64,000 nucleotides of DNA from positions 27,638-91,637 of the IMG/VR virus record IMGVR_UViG_2854395284_000002, one strand, 5' to 3'. This document shows positions 18,775 to 28,829 of this stretch, piece after piece. Under the pieces are notes generated by a model. That model had not been told where the DNA came from, made no database searches, and saw nothing but the letters and a program-made list of their open reading frames with translations. Position 1 is the stretch's first letter. Every line of letters begins with the position of its first letter. The stretch comes from a virus. Taxonomy: Duplodnaviria > Heunggongvirae > Uroviricota > Caudoviricetes. The position numbers were made by a program, and so were the translations under genes.

Positions 18775-19284
18775 TTAACACAATTCCCACCAGAAATCAT
18801 ATAATTTATGAGCCATATTACCTTTATGTAATTCGCCCTTATATCTACGAATCTTTCTATTTGATTGCTGCTTAAAATACTTGCTACGTTTTCCACGATA
18901 CCATCTTTTATAATATGGTTTAGTGTTCTGAACATAACCATGTCCATTAATCCTAATTTCATCCATATATCCAACTGGCGCAGGATAATAACCGCCAGCA
19001 ATTTCATATAGGTGCTTAAGATTATTTTGATGCTTCAAATATCGCTCGCGTTTAGTTCTTCTCTTTTTATTTGATTGAGTTTTAACAACATTTCCCATTC
19101 GAGAATATTCTTCGCAGCATCCCATATATCCTACTTTTCCACCAATCTTATCACACCAAATAGCTCGACAAATTTCCTCTTGTGACAAATCATCAAATAT
19201 TTCAGACACTTTCATATAATCTTCATATCCATAAGGACAATCACAGCACAACATTTTATTCTCCATCATACTTCCATGCAACAA
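18775..19284 (-). CDS. hypothetical basic Cys-rich protein (true start probably ATG at about 19254)
   Basis: 169 aa as listed. N-terminal CCDCPYG...CRAIWCD...GCCEEY, and a very basic C-terminus. The ATG at about 19254 lies 1 nt after the stop of the upstream TGA-interrupted gene. Confidence 0.4.
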   Translation of the reverse strand: MLHGSMMENKMLCCDCPYGYEDYMKVSEIFDDLSQEEICRAIWCDKIGGKVGYMGCCEEYSRMGNVVKTQSNKKRRTKRERYLKHQNNLKHLYEIAGGYYPAPVGYMDEIRINGHGYVQNTKPYYKRWYRGKRSKYFKQQSNRKIRRYKGELHKGNMAHKLYDFWWELC

Positions 19285-19516
19285 CTTTATTTCTTACAGC
19301 CTTTCTTCGTACACCTGTCCCATAGGAATACCACACTTCTTCATCCGTCTTCCATTTAAAATCTCTTGTTCTTGCACATTCAGCAATGAAATAAGCTCCA
19401 TTTTTTGTTTGAACAAGAACTTTTTCAGATAATCATCCTCTTGAACATTGCGAACAATAAGTCTCTTTCATATCAGGATATTTTTCTTTTAATGAAATCC
19501 AATCATTTTTATCCAT
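19256..19516 (-). other. 86-codon gene interrupted by a single in-frame TGA (pseudogene, recoding or selenocysteine candidate)
   Basis: RBS AAAGGGTGAT, then ATG at 19516. 27 codons MDKNDWISLKEKYPDMKETYCSQCSRG, TGA (19433-19435), then 58 sense codons with no Met, ending TAA. That TAA lies 1 nt before the next gene's ATG. Confidence 0.4.
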
Positions 19517-19581
19517 AATGATCACCCTTTAAAATTGTACTTTTGTATAATTGCTTATTCTCCGAAAGAATCTGGACAAGC

Positions 19582-19776
19582 TTACAAAATTTCAAATATT
19601 GCATCTTTCATAGAAGATGGAATCATGAATGTATTTTTCTTATGCGTAACCTCGTACTCTTCCTTACCATCTTCATTTGTTACAACGCTTGCTGTAAGAA
19701 TCTTTTCTTTTTTAATCTTTACACTATCTTCTTTTTGATCTTTGAAGACAACATCTTTAATAAATTTAATTGTCAT
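19582..19776 (-). CDS. hypothetical small protein
   Basis: 64 aa ORF. Confidence 0.35.
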   Translation of the reverse strand: MTIKFIKDVVFKDQKEDSVKIKKEKILTASVVTNEDGKEEYEVTHKKNTFMIPSSMKDAIFEIL

Positions 19777-20006
19777 AATGTTTATTCTCTCCTTCTATTG
19801 AAAGAAATGTCGGATTCATTACTAATCAAATTGCTGAGATTTAATTTTCTCTTTAGAAACATATCCTAAGCAATATCTCTGTTCTTCTCTCATGGCATCA
19901 CAGATTCTCATAATCTGTGAATATCCATCTGACTGACTTTTTGTGCATTTTGCTGCAATTTGTTCAATTCTCTTAATATATTCTTCCATTGATTTATTCT
20001 CCCATA

Positions 20007-20414
20007 CTACTTCAATAAATTTGCAATCTCATCAATCTCAAGTTCAGTTTTCTTATCATCAGATAGCAGCTTATCCAGTTTACCCTCCATCTTCTTCAAA
20101 TCTGCTTCCTCTTTCTTTAGACAAGATACTTCTAACTTTCTTTTAATATCCTTAATCCAAGCCGTTACGCTGTATCCTGAAATTTCAAAATCAGACATTC
20201 CAAGGTCAACTGCCGACATAAGATATGAATTGAGTCTGATAAGTAACAACACTAATGCATCATCTGAACATACATTAAGGTTGATAGTCATTCCATCCAT
20301 ATTGAGAACACAATTTGTCTCAGGAACAAATCTAATCTTCTTCTCAGAGATAGCTTTTCTCTTATCCTCAATTTGTTTCTTTAATTCTAAAATTCTATCA
20401 TCATTCTTACTCAT
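20007..20414 (-). CDS. coiled-coil protein
   Basis: 135 aa with heptad-rich termini. Confidence 0.45.
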   Translation of the reverse strand: MSKNDDRILELKKQIEDKRKAISEKKIRFVPETNCVLNMDGMTINLNVCSDDALVLLLIRLNSYLMSAVDLGMSDFEISGYSVTAWIKDIKRKLEVSCLKKEEADLKKMEGKLDKLLSDDKKTELEIDEIANLLK

Positions 20415-21531
20415 TTGATTTCGTACTCCTTTTATATTCTCTGCCGTTTGCTAAATGTTTCTGAATATACATTGGCTTCATTGTTTCAAAAATCTGTTCA
20501 ATAGTAACAGGAATCATATGTTTTTCTTCTTTATCATTATATGGATATCGGTTTGACTTAACCATTTTAGATGTGGTAGGAAATATGTCAGTTACTTTAA
20601 CACGTTCTTCATATGGACCGTAATGCATATATTCCATTTGTATTTTATAGATAATATATAAATTATCATCCCGTTTATAAGTCTCAAATACATATTTATT
20701 CCCACTATAATATTCGCTTATAAAACGAATTCTTTCCCAGTAATCGCCTTTTTTAAATTCATCAAGTGTAAAGTATTTATATTCGTCTTTGCTACTATCA
20801 TATGGAGAATACTCAGATTCTCCTTCCAATTTATCAAAAATGTCTGCATACTTTTCATTGCACTTATCATCAATACATTTGATAAATTTATTCTTTGGCA
20901 TCGACCTATAATGCTCAAAATAACTACCTTTCCAAAACCAAAAATGTTTACCTTTATTTTTCCAATTTTCATATCTATCATAGACATCAAATTTACCCAT
21001 ATAAATCCAATTCTCATTATCCTTGGTTAAATATGTGGCACCTATAATTAAGTCTTTTGCTTTAACACATTCATTATTATGGATAATCTTATTAAACTCA
21101 CTAATCTCTTTATAATCAGGTGATTCTACTGGCATAAGAACTAAATCTTTGCCGTCCCATCCATATACAAATTCTCCTTCAAGCCCCTTACCCTTGATAC
21201 AATTTGCGTTTTCAAGAATGTATAATAAATTCTCGATAGTAATCTCAAATTCAAAGCCTCGTGGATCGTACACTCTACAATAAGCATGTCTGTGATCCCA
21301 ACCTGTAGAATAATCACCTGCTTTTTTATTAAGCACAAATCCTTCGGTTGGAATATTATCATATTCATTATTTGGAATATTCTCATCTCGCCAACCATTC
21401 CATGAAGCCTCTTTTCGCAACTTACCCTTTTCGTCATAGTAAATTACATAAGCAAGCTTTCCTGTATATGTTCCTGAACGATTCTGATAACCAACATTAA
21501 TTGTTTTAGGGATAAAAATACTACTTCTCAA
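20407..21531 (-). CDS. hypothetical protein
   Basis: 374 aa ORF rich in W, Y and K. No recognised motif. Confidence 0.5.
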   Translation of the reverse strand: MRSSIFIPKTINVGYQNRSGTYTGKLAYVIYYDEKGKLRKEASWNGWRDENIPNNEYDNIPTEGFVLNKKAGDYSTGWDHRHAYCRVYDPRGFEFEITIENLLYILENANCIKGKGLEGEFVYGWDGKDLVLMPVESPDYKEISEFNKIIHNNECVKAKDLIIGATYLTKDNENWIYMGKFDVYDRYENWKNKGKHFWFWKGSYFEHYRSMPKNKFIKCIDDKCNEKYADIFDKLEGESEYSPYDSSKDEYKYFTLDEFKKGDYWERIRFISEYYSGNKYVFETYKRDDNLYIIYKIQMEYMHYGPYEERVKVTDIFPTTSKMVKSNRYPYNDKEEKHMIPVTIEQIFETMKPMYIQKHLANGREYKRSTKSNE

Positions 21532-21571
21532 TCGTTTTCCTCCTTTAGTTATTCTCTATTACAAAGTTACC

Positions 21572-21988
21572 CTACCAATATAATTCTTCATATCTCGGAT
21601 CAACAAACAACTCTTCTTTAGGTCTTGGGTCTTTTAAATTATCATTGCCAATCTTAAACTCACCACCGTAATAACCATTCCAAGAACCACAACCCCAAAG
21701 TTCTAATCGTCCTTTATGAGTAATAGAAACAATTCTATAAGCTGGCTTGTCACAACATTGCCAGTAACTAACGACAAAGCAATTATCTTTTGTTACATTC
21801 TTTAGATATTTCGGCACTTCGGGCCACAAGTGACATTCATTGTTAATTCCTTCCAATGTTTTACCTTCATCCAGCATCATGTTGGCTTTTTCTGATCTCT
21901 TGTGTGCCTTTTCATGTTCCAGGCACCATTCTTCTGAACTGAATAGTTCACCACAATAATCACACTTATATCTAATTACTTTCTCCAT
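21572..21988 (-). CDS. zinc-finger protein (C2H2-like N-terminus)
   Basis: 138 aa. YKCDYCGELFSSEEWCLEHEKAHK. Confidence 0.45.
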   Translation of the reverse strand: MEKVIRYKCDYCGELFSSEEWCLEHEKAHKRSEKANMMLDEGKTLEGINNECHLWPEVPKYLKNVTKDNCFVVSYWQCCDKPAYRIVSITHKGRLELWGCGSWNGYYGGEFKIGNDNLKDPRPKEELFVDPRYEELYW

Positions 21989-21996
21989 AATTACTC

Positions 21997-22380
21997 CTAA
22001 GTCTTATCTAAACACACAATATATCCATTCATTACTTCATAATAATACCAAGCATAAGGACTAATTCCTTCATTCATAATTTCTGCCAGTTCATCTGCTT
22101 TTTCTTGATGGTTATGTGCTTCATTTATTATAACTGTTTTTTGAGAATCAAAATAAAGATTATCAACTTTACGCATACAATATGCACATAATTCCAACTC
22201 ACTGATATATTCCTTTATAACTTTTAGCATCTTTGGAATGTTGTCTTTAAGGATCTGTTCATTTGCTAATTCTGATGGATACAAAACATACAAGTCTTTT
22301 TCACATGGAGATGAAAGGATTCTTTTATACACTATGTCTGATCGTAGACAATATTCACGTATTCTTTCTTCAAACGTCAA
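21997..22380 (-). CDS. hypothetical protein
   Basis: 127 aa ORF. Confidence 0.45.
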   Translation of the reverse strand: MTFEERIREYCLRSDIVYKRILSSPCEKDLYVLYPSELANEQILKDNIPKMLKVIKEYISELELCAYCMRKVDNLYFDSQKTVIINEAHNHQEKADELAEIMNEGISPYAWYYYEVMNGYIVCLDKT

Positions 22381-22386
22381 TTCGCT

Positions 22387-22935
22387 TCACTCCTTTGTAA
22401 TCATATCCAAGAATAACAATCTATCTTTTTTTAATGTGATATCATAATCTTTCCACTTCTCCATTAATTCTCTTATATCAAATTTATGAGGAACCACAAT
22501 CGCATAACCATGTGGAGTTTTATATAATTCATGATTTTCTAGTTCAGAATAAAAGTAAATATCATCGATAAAATCATTTACTTTTTCTTCATCGTCTACA
22601 TCAAAATCAAACAACCACTTGCTTTCATCACGATTCTCTACTTGCTGTGCAACTGAAGCTAATGTACGATTCAGCTTTGTCATACTTGGTTTATCTCTAA
22701 GCAATCTAATAATAAGTTCTTCTCTTATCTTTTCTTCATTTCTAGAATTTACAGACCGATACAATCTTGTCTGTTCGCCTGGAACTCCATCCGCTGCAAA
22801 CTTATGAAATTCTTTGATTACTCTATCTTCGTTTTCTTTATATTCTAAGATAATCTTTATACGCTCTTTGAAATTAAGAAAATCTTTGTTGTCTTTATTT
22901 CTTGAACGAATTAGATACACATATAGATCAGACAT
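22387..22935 (-). CDS. hypothetical protein
   Basis: 182 aa ORF. Confidence 0.45.
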   Translation of the reverse strand: MSDLYVYLIRSRNKDNKDFLNFKERIKIILEYKENEDRVIKEFHKFAADGVPGEQTRLYRSVNSRNEEKIREELIIRLLRDKPSMTKLNRTLASVAQQVENRDESKWLFDFDVDDEEKVNDFIDDIYFYSELENHELYKTPHGYAIVVPHKFDIRELMEKWKDYDITLKKDRLLFLDMITKE

Positions 22936-23354
22936 TATTTTTCACCATCCTTTGCATTGATATAACATGCAACATCTTTGAATTCGTTGCAATCAATGAC
23001 TTCACGAATATCATTAATGATACTTTTTACTGTTGAATAATTGCCACTAAAAGAAGTACCAGTCGTTTTTACTTCATATTTATATACATTTGATAATTTT
23101 ATTGGATAATCTTGGTACAGAACCGTACCCTTTGGAACTGTTATATTAGAATATGCATCATAGTAATCTTCTTTAAGAACCTTTAACCATTTTTGACAAC
23201 CTTTGTTATATGATTTAAGCTTGGCTTTGCTAAAAGATACTCTGAAATATTTATCTTCATCATAGATTATTCTTTTAAATTTATTTACAATAAGCAGCAC
23301 ACCATCTACAATTCTATAAACATCTTGATACTCTGTGTTTGCTAATACTTCCAT
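22935..23354 (-). CDS. hypothetical protein
   Basis: 139 aa ORF whose start overlaps the neighbour (ATGA). Confidence 0.45.
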   Translation of the reverse strand: MEVLANTEYQDVYRIVDGVLLIVNKFKRIIYDEDKYFRVSFSKAKLKSYNKGCQKWLKVLKEDYYDAYSNITVPKGTVLYQDYPIKLSNVYKYEVKTTGTSFSGNYSTVKSIINDIREVIDCNEFKDVACYINAKDGEK

Positions 23355-23546
23355 TTATTCTTCACCATCTTTCCATGCAGAACTTGCATATAACAACGAA
23401 TCATATGGCACAATATATTTCTCAGGTATATTCGCAAATGCTTCTATAACTTTATCGTACTCTTCCTTGTCAACCATGAAATCATCATAAACTTTTAATT
23501 CTGCTCTAAGCCCTCTCGAATTTTTCTTAATATTAGTCGTACTCAT
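23355..23546 (-). CDS. hypothetical small protein
   Basis: 63 aa ORF. Confidence 0.35.
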   Translation of the reverse strand: MSTTNIKKNSRGLRAELKVYDDFMVDKEEYDKVIEAFANIPEKYIVPYDSLLYASSAWKDGEE

Positions 23547-23811
23547 CTCTGTAAAACTCCAATGCTCTAATAGTAATTTCCATCAATTCCTGCTGATTTT
23601 CTGATTTCTTTTGATGTGCTTCTGTGCTACCAAAATTAGCTTTTAACCGATATATCCGGCATTTAGCAGACTCAATCACACGTTCTACTAAATCATATTC
23701 TTTATTATAATTACGACAATCTTTACAAAAATCTGGATGACCGTCAGAGTTACATCTATCTAGTGAAACTAAATTATCTTGAAGTTCGTATCCCATACCA
23801 CATCTGTACAT
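23533..23811 (-). CDS. hypothetical protein
   Basis: 92 aa. CNSDGHPDFCKDC. Confidence 0.4.
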   Translation of the reverse strand: MYRCGMGYELQDNLVSLDRCNSDGHPDFCKDCRNYNKEYDLVERVIESAKCRIYRLKANFGSTEAHQKKSENQQELMEITIRALEFYRDEYD

Positions 23812-23816
23812 AATAC

Positions 23817-24185
23817 CTATTCTCCATCTTCTAAAATCTCAACATCGACACATAACATATCATGCAGATTCTTAATCTGTTCTTCGGTCGGTTTCTTCCA
23901 TGGCATCATATCTGTAACATTAAAAACCATCACTCCACACAGTTTGATTCTTGCAATTGTTTTTGGTGGGCAATATTCTACGACTTTCGGCATCGGAATA
24001 TCGCAACTTGTTTTTGGTAATTGTGATTTTTGTGAATGCTCAAATGCTCTCAATTCATCTTTTCCAAGCCAACGTTGCCATGCTCCACAATCATCACAAT
24101 ATAACCCTGTGTTGTTACCCTTTACTTCCGTATGCAAAGATGTACTTCCACACTTTCTACAGCAATTTTGATACATAATTTTCAC
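23817..24185 (-). CDS. zinc-ribbon protein
   Basis: 122 aa. CCRKCGS...YCDDCGAW. Confidence 0.45.
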   Translation of the reverse strand: MKIMYQNCCRKCGSTSLHTEVKGNNTGLYCDDCGAWQRWLGKDELRAFEHSQKSQLPKTSCDIPMPKVVEYCPPKTIARIKLCGVMVFNVTDMMPWKKPTEEQIKNLHDMLCVDVEILEDGE

Positions 24186-24191
24186 CTCATG

Positions 24192-24698
24192 TTAAATCAA
24201 TTTGTTCTCTGCTAATTCATCAAGATAATAATATCTGTCAATTGATTCCTTATCTCCAAGAATCCATTTGTCACACTCAACTTCTTCCATTTCATTAATC
24301 CATTTATCCCAATTGTCTGCAATGAGCTTACAGAACTTTTCGCCACTTCCACGCAAGAAACATCTGCCAACCCATTCAGCTTTCATGCTTCTATCTGGAT
24401 AAACCAGTGTAAAATAGATTCCATTTTCAATCAGAGCATCTCTTACTTCTTTGTGGCTACTTACAAAGATATAATCAACTTTTCCAATATTCTCTTTAAT
24501 GTGCTTAATATAATTTTTTGGAAATTCAGGATTACGATACTCTTCAATTTGATCTGAAATGGTTGGATCATAATCATAACACCAACTGAACCGACTGCTA
24601 TCGCTATCGAGAATCTTATAACCTTTTTCATTTAATTTTTTAAAAGCATATGTCTTGCCACAAGCAGGAAATGCACTAATAATTTTTGTTTTCTTCAT
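24192..24698 (-). CDS. P-loop NTPase / putative nucleotide kinase
   Basis: 168 aa. Walker A ISAFPACGKTYA at the N-terminus. Small kinase-like size. Confidence 0.5.
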   Translation of the reverse strand: MKKTKIISAFPACGKTYAFKKLNEKGYKILDSDSSRFSWCYDYDPTISDQIEEYRNPEFPKNYIKHIKENIGKVDYIFVSSHKEVRDALIENGIYFTLVYPDRSMKAEWVGRCFLRGSGEKFCKLIADNWDKWINEMEEVECDKWILGDKESIDRYYYLDELAENKLI

Positions 24699-24924
24699 AA
24701 TATTCTCCTTCCTAAGAAATCATTTCAGGATAGAAATCATATAAATAATCTCCAAAGTCTCCGCCAGTATCAGAACCAATTATCTTCTGCCAATGATTTA
24801 TCCATTCCTTACCTTCTTTTGTTAGTATGAATTTTTCGTATTCCTCTTTAAGTTCTTTTTCTTTTGTATTCATTATTTATTTTTTACCCTCCAAATGAAA
24901 CAAATCTTCTTCCATACCTATCTC

Positions 24925-25791
24925 CTATTGTTCGAAATATCTTACAATCTGTTCTCCAATCCATCTACCCATAGGTACCGCCACTGCATTACCAATTTGA
25001 CGATAAGCATCATTATCAGTTCCGCAAAACTGAAACCAATCAGGAAATCCTTGTAGTCTCGCATATTCTCTAACCGTATATGGTCTTATTCTCTTTCCAT
25101 CCTTAATTAATCTTGTCCCTTTATCCTTTGCATAGTGAGCAACACATGTTGGTGCAAGATCATCATTTTCTGGATCAGATACAATTGGGTTGTCCCTGTA
25201 TTTTCCATTAATACGATTCAAAACATATTGCGGAATATCTACTTCACTATCTTTTTCCAGAATATCTTTCAATCTCAATGGTTTTCTTTCTGGATATTCA
25301 AAACGACTAAAAGGCTTTTTACTGCCAATTAGAATCAGTCGCTTTCTTTCCTGTGGCAACCACATATTCGCATTAACTGGACATTCAATTCGAACGTAAT
25401 AATCCGGAAGTTTTGTCAGTGCTTCCATAACAACTCTAAACTTAAGCATTCCAGGCACATTCTCAACAACATACATTTCTGGTTTTGCTAATACAATATG
25501 TCGAAAGAAATGTAAAAACAAATCATCGCCTGTTCGTGTTCCATTAATGTCTGCAGCAGTTGAATATTTAGTACACGGAAATGTCCCAATGTAAACGTCC
25601 GCATCCTGCTGATCTAATACTGTTATTTTGGCAATATCACATTCGTTAACCTTATGATTAAAATTCTTTCGCAAAGTATCACAACATTTCTTGTCAATTT
25701 CAAATGACTCTAAAATGTTGATACCGGCTTCTTTAATCCCAAGATCCATGCCACCAGCTCCACTAAAATAACTCTTTGCTGTAATTCCCAT
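24925..25791 (-). CDS. DNA (cytosine-5)-methyltransferase (short form)
   Basis: 288 aa. Motif I FSGAGGMDLG, motif IV FPCTKYS (PC), motif VI VVENVPGM (ENV). Confidence 0.75.
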   Translation of the reverse strand: MGITAKSYFSGAGGMDLGIKEAGINILESFEIDKKCCDTLRKNFNHKVNECDIAKITVLDQQDADVYIGTFPCTKYSTAADINGTRTGDDLFLHFFRHIVLAKPEMYVVENVPGMLKFRVVMEALTKLPDYYVRIECPVNANMWLPQERKRLILIGSKKPFSRFEYPERKPLRLKDILEKDSEVDIPQYVLNRINGKYRDNPIVSDPENDDLAPTCVAHYAKDKGTRLIKDGKRIRPYTVREYARLQGFPDWFQFCGTDNDAYRQIGNAVAVPMGRWIGEQIVRYFEQ

Positions 25792-25838
25792 ATTTAATTT
25801 TCCTATTCTGTGAAATTATTTGAGCGAACACTCATAAA

Positions 25839-26060
25839 TTATTTATTTCTATCTAAGACCTGTTTAATATCATAACATATTAACGAATTTATATCCCAAG
25901 CACAATTTGTACATAAATCTACTTCCGTTGGTTTTACCACATCAAAACACAAGATTGTATTGTTAAATTTATCATTCGCTTTTTCTTTGTACCGAAAAGG
26001 TAGTACGTACTTCGTGGTTTTCGCTTTTTTACCACAAATATCACAATATTCTTTGACCAT
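25839..26060 (-). CDS. small zinc-ribbon protein
   Basis: 73 aa. CDICGKK...CTNC. Confidence 0.35.
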   Translation of the reverse strand: MVKEYCDICGKKAKTTKYVLPFRYKEKANDKFNNTILCFDVVKPTEVDLCTNCAWDINSLICYDIKQVLDRNK

Positions 26061-26090
26061 ATTTTCTCCTATGAAAGTGCAATTTCTTAG

Positions 26091-26351
26091 TTAAAATTTT
26101 TCATCTGAATTGAAATTCAAATTCTTCTTTGTGTATTTCATTTCAGCTTCTTTATAAGAAATATGTTTTTTCATAAAATATCTGATACATTCAGCACAAA
26201 AATCCACATCTGCTTCCTCAAAATCCGAATGTTGCGTTGTCTCATCATATATCAATTTTTGACACCTATCACATGTTTCTCTCCATACCCACCAATTCCC
26301 ATTCGTGTTTGGAGTTCCATCGTAATTTACTTTATGTATATTGGTTTTCAT
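26091..26351 (-). CDS. hypothetical Cys-rich protein
   Basis: 86 aa. CDRCQ...CAEC. Confidence 0.4.
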   Translation of the reverse strand: MKTNIHKVNYDGTPNTNGNWWVWRETCDRCQKLIYDETTQHSDFEEADVDFCAECIRYFMKKHISYKEAEMKYTKKNLNFNSDEKF

Positions 26352-26353
26352 TG

Positions 26354-26680
26354 TTAAAACATGTCTCCAATCGTCTTACTTAAAGCTTCCTTCGCAGCTT
26401 TCGTTCTTGATAATTTTTCTGCTAACTGATTCACTGCTTCTTTAATAATAGTTTCCTTATTTTCTTCTAAAAATGACTTGATGTTATCATTTACCATGTC
26501 TTTAATTTTCTGAGAATATTGATAAGCACTTGCATTGTCATTTCCAATTAATTGTTTCATACAATCTTTTTTAATTTCCGCTACAACTTGAGATCTAACA
26601 TTGTTCTCTATCGTTTTCTTAATTTGATCATCATCAATACTGATCCCAAACTGAACTATATGTTCCATAATTACCTCCAC
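26354..26680 (-). CDS. hypothetical protein
   Basis: 108 aa helical ORF. Confidence 0.4.
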   Translation of the reverse strand: MEVIMEHIVQFGISIDDDQIKKTIENNVRSQVVAEIKKDCMKQLIGNDNASAYQYSQKIKDMVNDNIKSFLEENKETIIKEAVNQLAEKLSRTKAAKEALSKTIGDMF

Positions 26681-27087
26681 TCTTTTCTACAACCACAATC
26701 TGGAAAGAAGTTTTCTACATCTACAATGAATTCATCGTAAAAACACATTCCGTGTTCTAAATCATTCATCCAGTTAATTAATTCTATTAGAACCTGTGTA
26801 AAGTTTTCTTCTCTGCAATAGTAAATTTGTCCAATATCATAATCATCCTGATCACAAATAGTCACAGTAATGGTATATGGCTTATGCCAATCATCGCCTT
26901 TACTTGCCGTCAGAAGAACCCATGATCTACCACAGAAACACTCATTACAATCAAAATGCACGGTTCCATATACATTTAAATATTCAATATAAAGTTTCTC
27001 ACTCTTATGATAATGTCTTTCAAATTCCATATCTACCCCATTTATTTGGATATACGACAAAATAACATATCCGTTTTCTTCTAACAA
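26671..27087 (-). CDS. hypothetical protein
   Basis: 138 aa ORF. Confidence 0.4.
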   Translation of the reverse strand: MLEENGYVILSYIQINGVDMEFERHYHKSEKLYIEYLNVYGTVHFDCNECFCGRSWVLLTASKGDDWHKPYTITVTICDQDDYDIGQIYYCREENFTQVLIELINWMNDLEHGMCFYDEFIVDVENFFPDCGCRKEWR

Positions 27088-27524
27088 CTTAATTCATCTA
27101 TCGTATCTGGCCACCATACTTCTTTAACCCTCTCTTTAACAGCGTCCCATGTTTCGTAGTCATATTCTCCGTTCATAGTAAATGTCCTAGGAATTATTCG
27201 AGCATACACCAAAATTTCTTTTAATTCCTGTGGCATTTCTTTGTCGATGATGCATCCATTGCACTTATAACCTCGATTAGTTTTTAAATCCGACAAATTG
27301 AAAACTCTCAAGACACTTGAATTTGAAAAGAATAAAACAGATGTGTTATCACGCCGAGAAAGAAATAAATGTGATTCTTTTGGAATGTTTTCTAAAATCT
27401 TATCTAATGATTTTTCTACAATTATTTTTTTCTCCTGTGTAGAACAGAAAACTGCACTATGGAAATGTTCCATCTTTACACAATAATCAATTTGCTCTCT
27501 CAATGCCTCTTCCAATTGATTCAT
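27081..27524 (-). CDS. hypothetical protein
   Basis: 147 aa ORF. Confidence 0.4.
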   Translation of the reverse strand: MNQLEEALREQIDYCVKMEHFHSAVFCSTQEKKIIVEKSLDKILENIPKESHLFLSRRDNTSVLFFSNSSVLRVFNLSDLKTNRGYKCNGCIIDKEMPQELKEILVYARIIPRTFTMNGEYDYETWDAVKERVKEVWWPDTIDELSC

Positions 27525-27526
27525 AA

Positions 27527-27766
27527 TTATATTCTCTCATTCCATTTTCGAATTGCTTCGCATTTTGTTTTATCGTGTTCCTCTTCTTTTCTATAAGTAT
27601 CTACACTACACGTTCCGCCTCTAGCATGACACTTATTGCAAATCACAAAATATGCAACTTTCGAATATCTTGTCTTTTGACCAATTCTTAATTTAGTCCA
27701 CCCGCAGAACGGGCATGGTTTTAATTCTTTTTCTTTGATATTAATCATGTTTATCACTCCTATCAA
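27527..27766 (-). CDS. Lar-family restriction alleviation protein (zinc ribbon)
   Basis: 79 aa. LKPCPFCGW...CNKCHARG...AIRKWNER matches the Lar consensus (PCPFCG ... AWN-R). Confidence 0.55.
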   Translation of the reverse strand: MIGVINMINIKEKELKPCPFCGWTKLRIGQKTRYSKVAYFVICNKCHARGGTCSVDTYRKEEEHDKTKCEAIRKWNERI

Positions 27767-27808
27767 TTATTAAACACTATAACGTATTCATATTTTTTTG
27801 ATTCATAT

Positions 27809-28234
27809 TTATACCTTTCTGTATTTTTCAATGTCTTCTTCTCTCGCAAATTTACAATATGGATAACAATAACTGTCTCCTTTAGAAGACCAAGATGTTC
27901 TACCTTCAGAAAAAACTTCGAATTTATAATCATTAGCTAAATTACAATATTTACAAAAGTATCTTCGAATCCATAGATCATTTTTGTCATTTCCTACCAA
28001 CACGGGCGTATCTACAGGTACCATGCTCCAGTCAATTTCTGGTTCCTTATATCCAGAATTTGCCCATTTTTGAAAATCCATATCGCAATGATCTGAACTA
28101 TAAAAATCACAATCATAACAACTTAATTCTCCACATGAACGCACTTCTCCATTTTTGACTCCACATGTATCATGATTAACAGCGATCTCAAAAATCTTAT
28201 CTTTATATTTTTCTTTATTTAGCATTTTCTTCAC
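27809..28234 (-). CDS. hypothetical Cys-rich protein
   Basis: 141 aa ORF. Confidence 0.4.
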   Translation of the reverse strand: MKKMLNKEKYKDKIFEIAVNHDTCGVKNGEVRSCGELSCYDCDFYSSDHCDMDFQKWANSGYKEPEIDWSMVPVDTPVLVGNDKNDLWIRRYFCKYCNLANDYKFEVFSEGRTSWSSKGDSYCYPYCKFAREEDIEKYRKV

Positions 28235-28418
28235 CTCTTATACTTCATCCTCTATCACGTCTACACTAACTACTACCAGAAATCCATTTTCAATTTCTTG
28301 TTCTGGATTGTTCCACTCCCAAGATTCAATAACCTCTTCTTCGAGACTATAGTTATCCACATTCAACGGAACAATTCTTCCATACCATTGTTATTCTCCT
28401 AACGAAATATCGCTTTCA

Positions 28419-28829
28419 TTATATAATCCCAAGTGTTTCATCTTCATAATTACACTCTTTTGCTGCGTCAAACATTTCTTCGTATTCTGACAGATTGAAT
28501 GTTCCAATGGTACATTGAATAATCATATGTATAATTCGCCTATACATGACATTAACAAATAATTGATTATTTTCTCCGAATGTCACGTCCATAAAAAGAA
28601 ATTTTGCTTTATCAGGATCTCTTTTTATAATTTCTAATGTTAAAGGATCAAGAAACAAATGAAGTGCAAACGGTACGTCAACTGTAATATCATCGCATCC
28701 ATAGTGTTTATGATAATATGAATTCATTGCTTCTAGTTCGTTTTTATGTAGACTCTTGTTATACCAACCCTTACAAATCAGATAGATATCCGTCAATGTC
28801 TTGTTCTCCATCGTTATTCCTCCAATCAA
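28419..28829 (-). CDS. hypothetical protein
   Basis: 136 aa ORF. Confidence 0.4.
   Translation of the reverse strand: MIGGITMENKTLTDIYLICKGWYNKSLHKNELEAMNSYYHKHYGCDDITVDVPFALHLFLDPLTLEIIKRDPDKAKFLFMDVTFGENNQLFVNVMYRRIIHMIIQCTIGTFNLSEYEEMFDAAKECNYEDETLGII

Noticed and set aside
19380-19432. SECIS element downstream of the in-frame TGA.
   Set aside because: The only hairpin (TCTTGTTC...GAACAAGA) has a 37-nt loop and lacks the compact apical loop of bacterial SECIS. Selenocysteine is kept only as a low-probability option.
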